A stretch of 64,000 bases of DNA, taken from the NCBI RefSeq assembly GCF_039654945.1, contig NW_027361819.1, positions 2,790,001 to 2,854,000 of the forward strand. The letters run 5' to 3'. This DNA is from Dendrobates tinctorius. Its lineage: Eukaryota. Positions 28,546-38,800 of the stretch are shown one piece after another. The notes under the pieces are model-generated. The model did not search any database. It was given only the letters and a program-made list of their open reading frames with translations, and was not told the DNA's origin. The first letter of the stretch is position 1. Each line of letters opens with the position of its first letter. Made by a program: the position numbers and the translations under genes.

Positions 28546-29084
28546 CATGCTACGGTGTATCATAAACTGCTGAAGACCAAGTCTGTAGCATGGCATGAGC
28601 GGCTGGTTCCCCGTCGTCGGTGTCAGCGAGCGGCGGCTCCAGGGAGTCATTACCGCCAGCAGCTTCCGGCTAATTACATTACTGTACAGACTGCTCGCCC
28701 CGCGCCACGTCCTGGGGGGCGACATTACCCGGGCACCAGGGAGCCGCTTCCTGCCAGCACTAATAGAATATCTATTTATATCCGATCAATACATTCATGT
28801 AAGCAGGAGGCGGCGGGCGCTAAATATACCGGGGGAAAGGTCAGCCAAGGGTAGACCCCGGGCCGCTCGTAAAGGGTACACCCAGAATCTGAGGATATAG
28901 CGGGAAGATCTAAGACACAAGGCAGGAGACATTGGATTCTGCAGGATTGGTGGCAGTGGCCCTTTAAAAAAAAGTTATAGCTTGAATATTGGGGCCGACG
29001 AGCTTCTTCTGGGGGAGGAGGTATGTGCCCCGACCCTGTTACAGCCAGACTACCCCTTTAAAGTTTAGGGCCCCCCTGTACTCT

Positions 29085-29453
29085 AGTGCCACCTGCAGGT
29101 CACCAGTGCCCATCACTACCAGCACTGTAACATCAGGGTTGCAAACTTGAATTTTTCTCTACAAAATTTATGGACAAATTGGAAAACATTAAAGATAATT
29201 GTAACTTTTTTTTTTTTAGGAGGGGAAAAAAATGTAATAAAAGAGCAATAAGAAATATAAAAATCATGGATGTGAGTGTCATGGTCAGCCTCCTCTCTGC
29301 AGTGCCACCTGCAGGCAGCATAGGCTCACCACATCTCACCCTCCACCATAGTCAGTGGGCCTCTCTCCATCGCCACCTGCAGGCCGCCTGCTCTCATCAC
29401 ATCTCACTCTCTACCCTACAGGCAGTTCTCACTTTGGCGCCATCTGGAGGCCG
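29085..29453 (-). promoter_or_regulatory. Cluster of four same-orientation CTCF-like motifs
   Basis: Minus strand CCTGCAGGTGGCAC (about 29086-29099 and 29302-29315), CCTGCAGGTGGCGA (about 29370-29383), CCTCCAGATGGCGC (about 29437-29450). A fifth, CCTGTAGGGGGCAG, lies near 30017-30030. Confidence 0.6.
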
Positions 29454-29614
29454 CCTGTGTTCTTACATCTACTCATAGCCGCCATAATCAGTGTCAGCGA
29501 TATGACGCAGATTACACCGTGTCGGTATAACGGGGAGACGCAGAGGCGCTGACGCGTCTCATAGACGAGGGCTCCGCCATGGAGGAGAATAAAAAAAAAA
29601 AAATATTTTGGAGC

Positions 29615-29687
29615 CGCCCGAACAGGGACTTGAACCCTGGACCCTCAGATTAAAAGTCTGATGCTCTACCGACTGAGCTATCCGGGC
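29615..29687 (-). tRNA. tRNA-Lys (anticodon TTT)
   Basis: Minus strand GCCCGGATAGCTCAGTCGGTAGAGCATCAGACTTTTAATCTGAGGGTCCAGGGTTCAAGTCCCTGTTCGGGCG, 73 nt, canonical tRNA-Lys3 sequence; T13 run at 29591-29603. Confidence 0.98.
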
Positions 29688-29868
29688 TCCTTAAGATCCT
29701 GCTGTCACTGACGCCCTACATGTGTGCAGCCCTGCCTGGTACACTGTGACAGAAGCCCAGTACTGTATGGTCAGGGCCAGCCAGGCATATCACACATGAT
29801 GACAGCGATTCCCTGCTACAGGTGGGACACAGTGACGAGTCCGAGCAACAAACAGTTAAAATTAACTC

Positions 29869-29874
29869 TTTAAT
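29869..29874 (-). terminator. Putative poly(A) signal of the small Cys-rich gene
   Basis: ATTAAA on the minus strand after a T-rich stretch, about 210 nt past the stop codon. Confidence 0.5.
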
Positions 29875-30086
29875 ATACAAAAAAATAATATAAAAATAGA
29901 CATGAAATATATATAAGACCCTCTGGAATAGAGGGGAGCCCGACACTGGACTGGGACCACCACAGCGCACAGGACTGCACGTAATAAGAGCACTGGGAGG
30001 GGGGATGAGCGTTACACTGCCCCCTACAGGGAGCCGGGCACACCGCAGGCACTGGAGGGTTGGGGGGGGACGCAGCCCCGCTCTCC

Positions 30087-30200
30087 TCACCGCATCTTGA
30101 TCTCGCAGCAGATGCAGTTAATGATGCTGCAGTCCGGGGGCTGGTAAACGCAGGCGAAGCCGCAGGGGCATCCGGGGACGTCGCGGCATCTGGCGCAGCC
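30087..30200 (-). CDS. Uncharacterised Cys-rich single-pass membrane protein (LOC112694756-like), last coding exon
   Basis: Acceptor CCCCCTTCTGCAG|, phase 0. Encodes GCARCRDVPGCPCGFACVYQPPDCSIINCICCEIKMR*, resembling the remembered C-terminus (PDCQSLNCLCFEIKLR) of the human ORF upstream of ALDOA. Confidence 0.85.
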   Translation of the reverse strand, partial: GCARCRDVPGCPCGFACVYQPPDCSIINCICCEIKMR

Positions 30201-30272
30201 CTGCAGAAGGGGGACAAGGGGGTCACTTACTTTACTGCATCAGATCCCACAATGCACTGCTCATTAAATAGA

Positions 30273-31541
30273 GACTGCAGCTCTGGAGGATAAGACACAA
30301 TGTAACAGCAGAATAGTGAGTGCAGCTCTGGAGGATAAGACACAATGTAACAGCAGAATACTGAGTGCAGCTCTGGAGGTGACTGCAGGATAAGACAATG
30401 TAACAGCAGAATAGTGAGTGCAGCTCTGGAGGATAAGACACAATGTAACAGCAGAATACTGAGTGCAGCTCTGGAGGTGACTGCAGGATAAGACAATGTA
30501 ACAGCAGAATAGTGAGTGCAGCTCTGGAGGATAAGACACAATGTAACAGCAGAATACTGAGTGCAGCTCTGGAGGTGACTGCAGGATAAGACAATGTAAC
30601 AGCAGAATAGTGAGTGCAGCTCTGGAGGATAAGACACAATGTAACAGCAGAATACTGAGTGCAGCTCTGGAGGTGACTGCAGGATAAGACAATGTAACAG
30701 CAGAATAGTGAGTGCAGCTTTGGAGGATAAGACACAATGTAACAGCAGAATACTGAGTGCAGCTCTGGAGGTGACTGGAGCATGACACAATGTAACAGCA
30801 GAATACTGAGTGCAGCTCTGGAGGTGACTGGAGCATGACACAATGTAACAGCAGAATACTGAGTGCAGCTCTGGAGGTGACTGGAGGATAAGACAGGATG
30901 TAACAGCAGAATAGTGAGGGCAGCTCTGGAGGTGACTGGAGGATACGACACGATGTAACAGCAGAATAGTGACTGCAGCTCTGGAGGTGACTGGAGGATA
31001 AGACACAATGTAACAGCAGAATGGTGACTGGAGGATAAGACACAATGTAACAGCAGAATAGTGAGTGCAGCTCTGGAGGTGACTGCAGGATAAGACAATG
31101 TAACAGCAGAAGAGTGAGTGCAGCTCTGGAGGTGACTGGAGCATGACACGATGTAACAGCAGAATACTGAGTGCAGCTCTGGAGGTGACTGGAGGATAAG
31201 ACAGGATGTAACAGCAGAATAGTGAGTGCAGCTCTGGAGGTGACTGGAGGGTAAAACAGTGTAACCGCAGAATAGTGAGGGCATCACTGGAGGATAAGAC
31301 ACCATGTAACAGCAGAATAGTGACTGCAGCTCTGGAGGTGACTGGAGGATAAGACACAATGTAACAGCAGAATGGTGACTGGAGGATAAGACACAATGTA
31401 ACAGCAGAATAGTGAGTGCAGCTCAGCAGGTGACTGGAGGATAAGACAACGTAACAGCAGAATAGTGAGTGCAGCTCTGGAGGATAAGACACAATGTAAC
31501 AGCAGAATGGTGAGTGCAGCTCAGCATGTGACTGGAGGATA
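30273..31541. repeat. Composite 35-57 bp minisatellite (Tx1 target array, left part)
   Basis: Units built from TGGAGGATAAGACACAATGTAACAGCAGAATAGTGAGTGCAGCTCTGGAGGTGAC. Confidence 0.95.
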
Positions 31542-31789
31542 GAGCACGCCCAGGAAGAGGAGGAGCATCTGTGCTGAGCGTCTGCAGGCTAGGGCCTTGC
31601 TAAGCTCCTGGGAAGGGAGGATTTTTCCTGCAAGGACTTTCCATCTGCCCCCTTCCCAGGAAAGAGGACTTTCCCTGGGACTGAGCGCCGGGGCTGTGCC
31701 CCTGGCTCCCATCCCCCGGCAAGCCAGCTGGGGGTGGGGGGCCTCAGCACCATCCGGAGGCCAGGGTGCAGCCAGCCAGTCCCAGGGAG

Positions 31790-34700
31790 ATGGGGAAGAG
31801 ACGGAGCCAGGAGAGAGGGGGTCGCAGGACCCAGGAGCCCCGGGACACCGGGCCCCCCGAAGCTGGTACCGTGGCGGCTCCTCCTCCCGGAGGAGTGGCG
31901 GCCCAGAGCAGAGGTGCAGTGGCAGAGCCCCCCAACATCTGGGGCTCCAGAGCTGAGGGAGAGCCATCTACCATCTACGCCTCCTGCATCCATGCGCACC
32001 TCTGCGAATATGAGGAGGCCGCCAAACAGCTGAGAAAACTCCGGGAGGAGTTAAGGGGAGCACGAGCGGTGGCTAAGAACCGGCTCCCCGCCTCGAGACG
32101 AGCTGAGGTCTCCGCCACGGTGGAGAGGCTGAAGGGGGCTATCAGGGCCTTGGAGGAGATACGGGCGGCTATCCTGAGTGGGAGCGGCCCCTTCGCAGAG
32201 AAACTGAAAAACGATGACCGGTTTAGAGCCATGACCGGAGGGTCTCCTGGGGGGTCGGGAGGCCCCTGCCAGGTGGAGGGCCAAGAGGAGGAGGAGGAGG
32301 ATGGCGGAACATCTACGCCTGCCCCACCTGAAGGCCTGGTGAGCAGCGACACCCAGGTAACATGCAGCGGGGTGGCCCCTGAGCAAGTGGCTCTCCCACC
32401 GGACTCCAGTTACTCGGAGGAAAGTGGGGGCGAGGGGGAGGCTGGTGGGAGTGGGGACAGTAGTAGTGAGGGGGGCTGCCTCGTCCTACAGCAGGTGAGG
32501 CGGATCGAGTCCCCAGAGCGGTTTGGCACACTGCTCTTTGGGGATGAGGTCTGCCCTGAGGACGAGGCAACCGGAAAGAGGAAAAAGAAAAAAAACAAGC
32601 GCAAGCCAAAAAACACCGTGGCTGACAAACTTATGTTTGTCCCTCTTTCCGGGGCCCCTCTGTCCCGCTGTATGGAACCCGCTGCCCACCCCGGCTCGGG
32701 CCCTGTGGTGGGTCCGCAGCGGGGGCGCGGGCAGAGTGATGTGTGCCTGGGCCTTACCGTCACATCTGGTGGTGGCGGTGAGGGTTCAGGCAGCGACATG
32801 GAGGTCGGTGCTGGTGCCAGTGGTGTAACAGCCGCTGGCGGTATTGGCAGTAGTGGTGTCCGGGCTCAGTCCCCGGTGGCAGGGGGGGCTGGCCTGGCGC
32901 TCAGCACGGGTACAGCCAGGACCGCACCTCCGGCGGTGAGTGCTGGGGTCTCTGGATCCCCCACGCACGGGTCCGTTAAGTCTGGTCCACTTATGGGGGT
33001 CCAGAGACCTAGAAAGGGCGTGGAGGCTGCTGTGAAGCAGCAGCTAAAAAAATGCAAGGGGCTGGTAGCTCCTCTGACGGCGCCCGTGGCAAGAGCGGGG
33101 TCCCCGGCGCGTAGACCCAAAAAGGGGTCCGTGCTGGGGGCACCGCCGCCGCTGGGCGACGAGGGGGAGTGGCCAGCCCTGCCAACATCAAGTGGTGGGT
33201 TCAGGGGCGCAGTGACAGTCCGTGAGGGGGGCGTGGCCTCCCCGAGTGTTGCCCAGCCTGCAAAGGCTGCGGCATGCGGGGGGGGCGTGTCCTCCTCGGC
33301 CGCTGTCCCGCCTGCTGTGCCCGCGTCACCTGGGGAGGGCGTGGCCTCGCAAGGGGTCACTGCTCTGCCCGGGGTGGCTGCGGCCGGCGGGGGGGGCGTG
33401 GCCTTGGCGGGCCCACTGCCTCCTGTCCCGCCTACCCCCTCAAGCAGCATAGTGCCCCCAAAAGTCGGTAGGGAGTTGTCGGGGTCCCCAGCCCGCTTAC
33501 CTCCATCTGGTGGTGCGGGGGCTCTGGCGCTCCTTGGGAAGCCGGCGGGGGCGAACAGCAGAGGGCAGGGTGCGGTGGCAGTGGCCGTCCCTGTCCTCAG
33601 TGCAAAGACACCGCAAAAAGAAAAAAAAGTGGAGCCAGAGAACCCAGGAGCTGCTGCTGCTCCCAGGCTCGGGCAGGGCGTACTGAGTGCGCTCTGCTCG
33701 GAGGTATTTAAAGGGGCAGCGGCACTCCTGGACAAGAGTTGGAGCAGTGCCAGCAGCTCCAAGGAGCAGAGCACTGGCCAGTCAGGGCCCCCAGCAGGCA
33801 GACAGGGGTACTGCAACACCAAGTCTGCTAATGTAAATAGTGGTCTATCTGGAAGTGAGAGTGGGAGTGAGATAGGAGATATTTTTGAAGAGCTGTTTGA
33901 GGACATAAATGGTGATGTGAGCGATATGGATGAGGGAGTGAGTGCGAGTGTGAATGTGGCAGTAAATGCTGGAGTGAGTGCCGGAGCGAGTGGAAATAAT
34001 AAAAGAGTGAACGGGAGAGTGAATGAGGGTGCTGGCACAAGTGGTGGTAGTGGTGGGAGGGCTGGCCCGTCTGCCCCCCCAGCCGCGAGGCCCCAACGTA
34101 ATTATGCGGGGGTCGCGGCTGGGGGTCGGGGTGGTTCCGGGGGGGTCTCCTCGCCTCCGGGCTCCGGGGACGGCGGTTTGCACCGCCGTTTCCTGGAGGC
34201 CCTCCAAAGGGGAGAAAGATCGATCATGGTAGAGGGGAGGACAGTGGACCTGTCTTTCTGGATAGAGAGACATGGCCTAGCAGCCTTCCAAAATCAAAGG
34301 GAGGGAGGGACTGTTTGGTCTCTCCCCACAGCCGGGCAGGGGCCGCCAAGAAGGAATGTGGTCCGTCTTAGGTGGGGGGGCAGTGAAGCTTGTCCACCTA
34401 GGAGCAAGGTGGTGGAGCTCCTACTTAAGATGGGCTTCGGGGCGAATGACATCTTTGCCCTGATACACCCTTCGGCGTCCCGCTTCTTCGACGTCAGCTT
34501 CGTGCGGCCAGAGGGGCTTGAGCTCTTCTGGTCAAACTACGAGCTGGTGCGAGAAGAGCCCGGATGGCGAGACTTCGTGGCTCAAGCGGTGTCTCGCCAA
34601 AATTCCGTCAAGCGAGTGACCGTGGTTACATGTAACGAGTCACTCGCAGGCGTGGACATCATGACGTGGCTTTCCCGTTACGGGGAGGTCACCGAGGTCC

Positions 34701-35812
34701 CAAAAAAGAACAGGGACGAGTTTGGCATCTGGTCGGGGGGCTGGACCTTCATGGTCAAATTGAAGGTTTCCGGCGGCACGGTCACCCACATCCCTTCCTC
34801 GGCGTTCCTGGGAAGGGACAGGATCCTGGTCTTCTTCCAGGGGCAACCGAAGGTCTGCCACAAGTGCGGCGACCCCACTCACTTCAGCGCCAACTGCAAG
34901 GTGCAGAAGTGCGCGTTGTGTGGTGGGGTAGGTCACCTGGCTGCCTTGTGCAAAGACATTCGGTGCCACCTGTGTGGTGACCTGGGTCACCCTCTCAGCC
35001 GCTGCCCTCGCTCTTTCTCTAATGCCGCCACAGGCCCGGTGGGGGGAGACCGCGGGGGGGCAACCCCCGGTGGCGCTGCTTCTGCTGTGGCAGGTGGTGG
35101 CGAAGGGGGAAGGGCTGAGGGGCCAGTGAGGAAGGGCAATGCTGCAAGGGGCCCCGCGTACCAGCGGAGGCAGGAAAAACGCCAGGGAGGTAAGGGACAG
35201 GTGGAGCCTCGGGCAACCGGGGTGATGCCTGCTCCTCCCTCCAGGCCCGTGGCCAAAGCCTCTGAGGCCCTGGGGGAGAGTGCGGTGAGTGAGGAGATCA
35301 GGAGGATGGAGAGAGAGGAGAAAGCGGCTGACTCGGACAATTCCTCTCAGTATGAAAGTGTTGATGAGGATGTCCAAGAGCAGCCTACAGCACCAGGTGG
35401 CAAAACCAGGCGTGCCAAGCGCAAAGCGGTGGGGAGGAAGGCTGACAAGCCTTCAAAGTCCCCCCCGCCCCCGACCACAAGGGTGCATACGGAAGGGCCC
35501 GCTGACCCCCCTCTGATCAGACTCTCCAACCGGTTCAGCGCCCTCGGGGGTTCAGATGATGAACCGCAAGACGAGGGTACTGGGCCGGGGGTAACACCGG
35601 AGGGTCCTTCGGGGGATGGCGGAGTCTGTCCCTCAGGGGGCATTGCTCCTCCTGAGGGGGGGACAGACCTGGAACCCGGGGGCGAGGACACCAGGGGGGG
35701 TGGGATGGACACGTCGGGAGCTTCCCTGAAAAGGAAGGTGTCTGACCCCTCCCCAGGAGGAGGTAATAGCGGGGTAGGGAAGAAATTGGCCATCCAACTC
35801 GATCACCCATGA
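31790..35812 (+). CDS. Tx1-like ORF1p (1340 aa from the first ATG): coiled coil, long low-complexity spacer, RRM-like region, three CCHC knuckles
   Basis: Open frame. Knuckles CHKCGDPTHFSANC, CALCGGVGHLAALC, CHLCGDLGHPLSRC; basic NLS-like KRKKKKNKRKPK. Confidence 0.9.
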   Translation: MGKRRSQERGGRRTQEPRDTGPPEAGTVAAPPPGGVAAQSRGAVAEPPNIWGSRAEGEPSTIYASCIHAHLCEYEEAAKQLRKLREELRGARAVAKNRLPASRRAEVSATVERLKGAIRALEEIRAAILSGSGPFAEKLKNDDRFRAMTGGSPGGSGGPCQVEGQEEEEEDGGTSTPAPPEGLVSSDTQVTCSGVAPEQVALPPDSSYSEESGGEGEAGGSGDSSSEGGCLVLQQVRRIESPERFGTLLFGDEVCPEDEATGKRKKKKNKRKPKNTVADKLMFVPLSGAPLSRCMEPAAHPGSGPVVGPQRGRGQSDVCLGLTVTSGGGGEGSGSDMEVGAGASGVTAAGGIGSSGVRAQSPVAGGAGLALSTGTARTAPPAVSAGVSGSPTHGSVKSGPLMGVQRPRKGVEAAVKQQLKKCKGLVAPLTAPVARAGSPARRPKKGSVLGAPPPLGDEGEWPALPTSSGGFRGAVTVREGGVASPSVAQPAKAAACGGGVSSSAAVPPAVPASPGEGVASQGVTALPGVAAAGGGGVALAGPLPPVPPTPSSSIVPPKVGRELSGSPARLPPSGGAGALALLGKPAGANSRGQGAVAVAVPVLSAKTPQKEKKVEPENPGAAAAPRLGQGVLSALCSEVFKGAAALLDKSWSSASSSKEQSTGQSGPPAGRQGYCNTKSANVNSGLSGSESGSEIGDIFEELFEDINGDVSDMDEGVSASVNVAVNAGVSAGASGNNKRVNGRVNEGAGTSGGSGGRAGPSAPPAARPQRNYAGVAAGGRGGSGGVSSPPGSGDGGLHRRFLEALQRGERSIMVEGRTVDLSFWIERHGLAAFQNQREGGTVWSLPTAGQGPPRRNVVRLRWGGSEACPPRSKVVELLLKMGFGANDIFALIHPSASRFFDVSFVRPEGLELFWSNYELVREEPGWRDFVAQAVSRQNSVKRVTVVTCNESLAGVDIMTWLSRYGEVTEVPKKNRDEFGIWSGGWTFMVKLKVSGGTVTHIPSSAFLGRDRILVFFQGQPKVCHKCGDPTHFSANCKVQKCALCGGVGHLAALCKDIRCHLCGDLGHPLSRCPRSFSNAATGPVGGDRGGATPGGAASAVAGGGEGGRAEGPVRKGNAARGPAYQRRQEKRQGGKGQVEPRATGVMPAPPSRPVAKASEALGESAVSEEIRRMEREEKAADSDNSSQYESVDEDVQEQPTAPGGKTRRAKRKAVGRKADKPSKSPPPPTTRVHTEGPADPPLIRLSNRFSALGGSDDEPQDEGTGPGVTPEGPSGDGGVCPSGGIAPPEGGTDLEPGGEDTRGGGMDTSGASLKRKVSDPSPGGGNSGVGKKLAIQLDHP

Positions 35813-38800
35813 TGGCTGAACTCGCCCCGTTGACGCTGGCGTCTATTAATGTCGCCAGCATTAAGTCAGATGCGGCTCGCTTCACGGCCTTTGATTTTTT
35901 CTCCCGGATTGAGGCAGAAATTTTATTCTTGCAAGAGACCAGACTAACAGACATGGGGGCCATCTATAAAGCACGGAGGGAGTGGAGGTGCGGGCCCTCA
36001 TACTGGTCTCTTGCGGCCGAGCCGTATAGCGGGGTGGCAGTCCTTTTTAAGACTGCAGCAGTTGAATGCCGACGGGTTACTGAGTTGGAAATGGGGAGGT
36101 GCCTGATCCTAGATGTCTTCATGAGGGGACAAGAGCTCCGGCTCATCAACATCTACGGCCCGCAGTCCAAGTGGGACCGCAAATGTCTCTTCCTGAGGAT
36201 CAAGCCCTTTCTTTTTACGAGCCGACAGGTGGTCTTCGGTGGGGACTTCAACACCATTACGAGGTCCCGTGACCGGGGGGGTCCCGGAGATCGCCTGGCT
36301 TATGATAGCGTCGCGTTGAATAGCATAGCCAGTGAAGCTCGCCTGGTGGATGCCCACATCCGGCACACCCCAGGTCACGGAGGTTTCACCTACCATAGGG
36401 GTAGCTGTAGGTCTAGAATAGACAGGTTTTTTTTGAAGGAGGACGCCATCTTTTCTGCTGTGTCCGCCGTTGAGGTGGAGTTCTCCGATCACTGTCTAAT
36501 TTTCTTTTCTCTGAATGTTGCAGAGACTCCTCGGATGGGAAGAGGGCTGTGGAAGCTCAATTCGTCCCTGCTGGAAGAAGCGGAGGTGAGACAATCCTTC
36601 GAGGATTTTCTTCAGAGCCAGGTACCGCTGTTGGATCTCTGTAGTAGTAAGTCAGAGTGGTGGGAGATCTTCAAAAAGCGGGTGGCGGGGTTCTTCCGTC
36701 AGCTCTCGAGCCTCAGGAGTCTGAACAGGCACCGCTTGTACCAGGCTCTGGGGAGGAAACTCGAGCAGCTTGTCTCGACTGGAGGTGACCGAGAGGAAAT
36801 CTCCAGAGTGAAATCTTTGCTCAAGAGGTGTCAGTATGATAGGCACACATCTTTGGTTTTTGAGAGGGACTTCGGGAAGTACCGCTCGCCCGACCCTTAC
36901 AGAAACTGTAAGATGTCAGTGAATTGTAAGATGGTGACAGGACTGATCGACAGTACGGGGTCCCTGAACAGATCCAAATCAGGGATCCTGGAGGTGGTCA
37001 GATCCTTCTACTCACACCTCTTGGAAAAGAAGGATCTGGATCGGGACAGGATGTCGGCTTTCCTGGCTGAAGCCATCCCTGAGCCAGGGGGTGACCCCTC
37101 TCTTGGTGTTTTGGCAGAAGAAATCAGGGAAGAGGAAGTGAGACTGGCCATTGATGGGCTTCGGCTCAAGAAATCGCCAGGTCCGGATGGCTTAACATCT
37201 GAGTTCTATAAGACTTTTAGGGACTCCTTGGTCCCCCTCTTGACAGGGGTCTTTAATGAGTGTCTCTCCTCGGGCACTCTTCCCGGCTCAATGAGGAAGT
37301 CAGCCCTCATTATTCTGTCAAAGGGTAAGGATCCGTCCCGAATCGAGAACTGGCGTCCCATAGCGCTTCTCGATACGGACCGGAAGGTTCTGGCCAAGGT
37401 GCTGTTTAATCGGCTGGTGAAGTTTGCACCCCGGCTCCTTTCAGGGGCCCAGCATTGCTCTGTTCCAGGCCGCAGTACTTTTAGTGCTGTGCTCGGTGTC
37501 CGAGAGGCAGTGGAGCAGGGTAGGGCAGGTCACTGGAAGGGGTACTTGCTGTCATTAGATCAAGCGAAAGCCTTTGACCGGGTCAACCACGAGTACCTCT
37601 GGTCCGTCCTTTTGAGGTATGGTCTGCCTGGGAGGTTTGTAAAATGGTTAGAGATCTTGTACCAAGGGGCTGAGACTTTTCCGCTGGTGAATGGTTGGTC
37701 AGGTCGTCCTTTTGAGGTGGGTTCTGGGGTCCGTCAGGGCTGTCCGCTGAGCCCGCTTTTATACGTGTTCGCGATCGATCCCTTCTTAAGGAGGGTAGAT
37801 CGTGGACCGTTGGCGGGAGTCGGGATGGACCGGGCGGGCTCTGGCTCCTCTCTGAGGGTGGTGGCGTACGCCGATGATGTTTCCCTGTTCGTATCCTCGA
37901 GAGGGGAGGCGGACTGGGTCATGTCGGAGGTAGTGCGCTACTCGGAGGCATCCGGGTCCATGATCAACCGGGATAAGTGTGAAAGTCTCTGGCTGGGAGG
38001 GGGAGATCCTAGTTTTGATCTCCCGGACACCCTTCCAGGGCCCCAGGCCACCGCCAAAATTCTAGGCATCGAATTTGGCCCCGGGGACTACCCCCAGCAA
38101 AATTGGGAGGGCAGACTTAAGATCGCCGCCCAAAAGGTGGACCAATGGAAGGGTTGGTCTTTAACCCTGAGGGAAAGGGTTGCCCTGGCTAAAGGCTATC
38201 TGCTACCTTTATTGATATACCTGGGCAGTGTGTGCATCTTGCCGGAACCTCTCTGGACGCGGGTCTATAGCCTGTTCTTCCAATTGTTATGGGGGAATAG
38301 GCTTAACCTAATCAAGAGGGAGGTTACATACCGTACGAGGAGACTAGGCGGGTTGGGTATGGTCAACCCGGTGGTGTTTCTAGTAAACACCTTTCTTAAG
38401 ACTAACATCTCTAACCTCTGGCTAGAGAGGGCTCCTCCGTGGGTAGTCTCCTGCAAGGGTTGGCTTTGGCCTTTCTTCCAGGAATGGGAGACAGGAGGGC
38501 GGGTGAAGGACCTACGCACACCTCATGGGCATCTTCCGGCTTACGCTACCCCGGTTCTGAAGGTGATCCGCCGGTGGGGTCTGGGAATGTGGGAAATCAG
38601 GACCATGTCGAGGCAGTGCCTTGACAGGAGGGTCCTGTTGACCCATTTCCAGAAGCCCCTGGCCCTTAAGGATTGCCCAGGCCGGGATCTGGAGGTCGGG
38701 CTGGGGCTTTTAAATTCTAAGCGGATCCCCATGAAGTTTTGGGACTTGACCTGGCGTTGCTTCCACGGGAGGCTGTATGTAAGGGACAACTTGAAGTGCA

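Noticed and set aside
31542-31789. Hammerhead or HDV-like ribozyme at the element 5' end
   Set aside because: No CTGANGA...GAAA core seen, and an HDV-like fold could not be assembled by eye. Only generic hairpins are reported.
32866-35963. Antisense ORFs (for example 390 aa) within the retrotransposon
   Set aside because: Expected shadows of a GC-rich coding strand, with no recognisable motifs.
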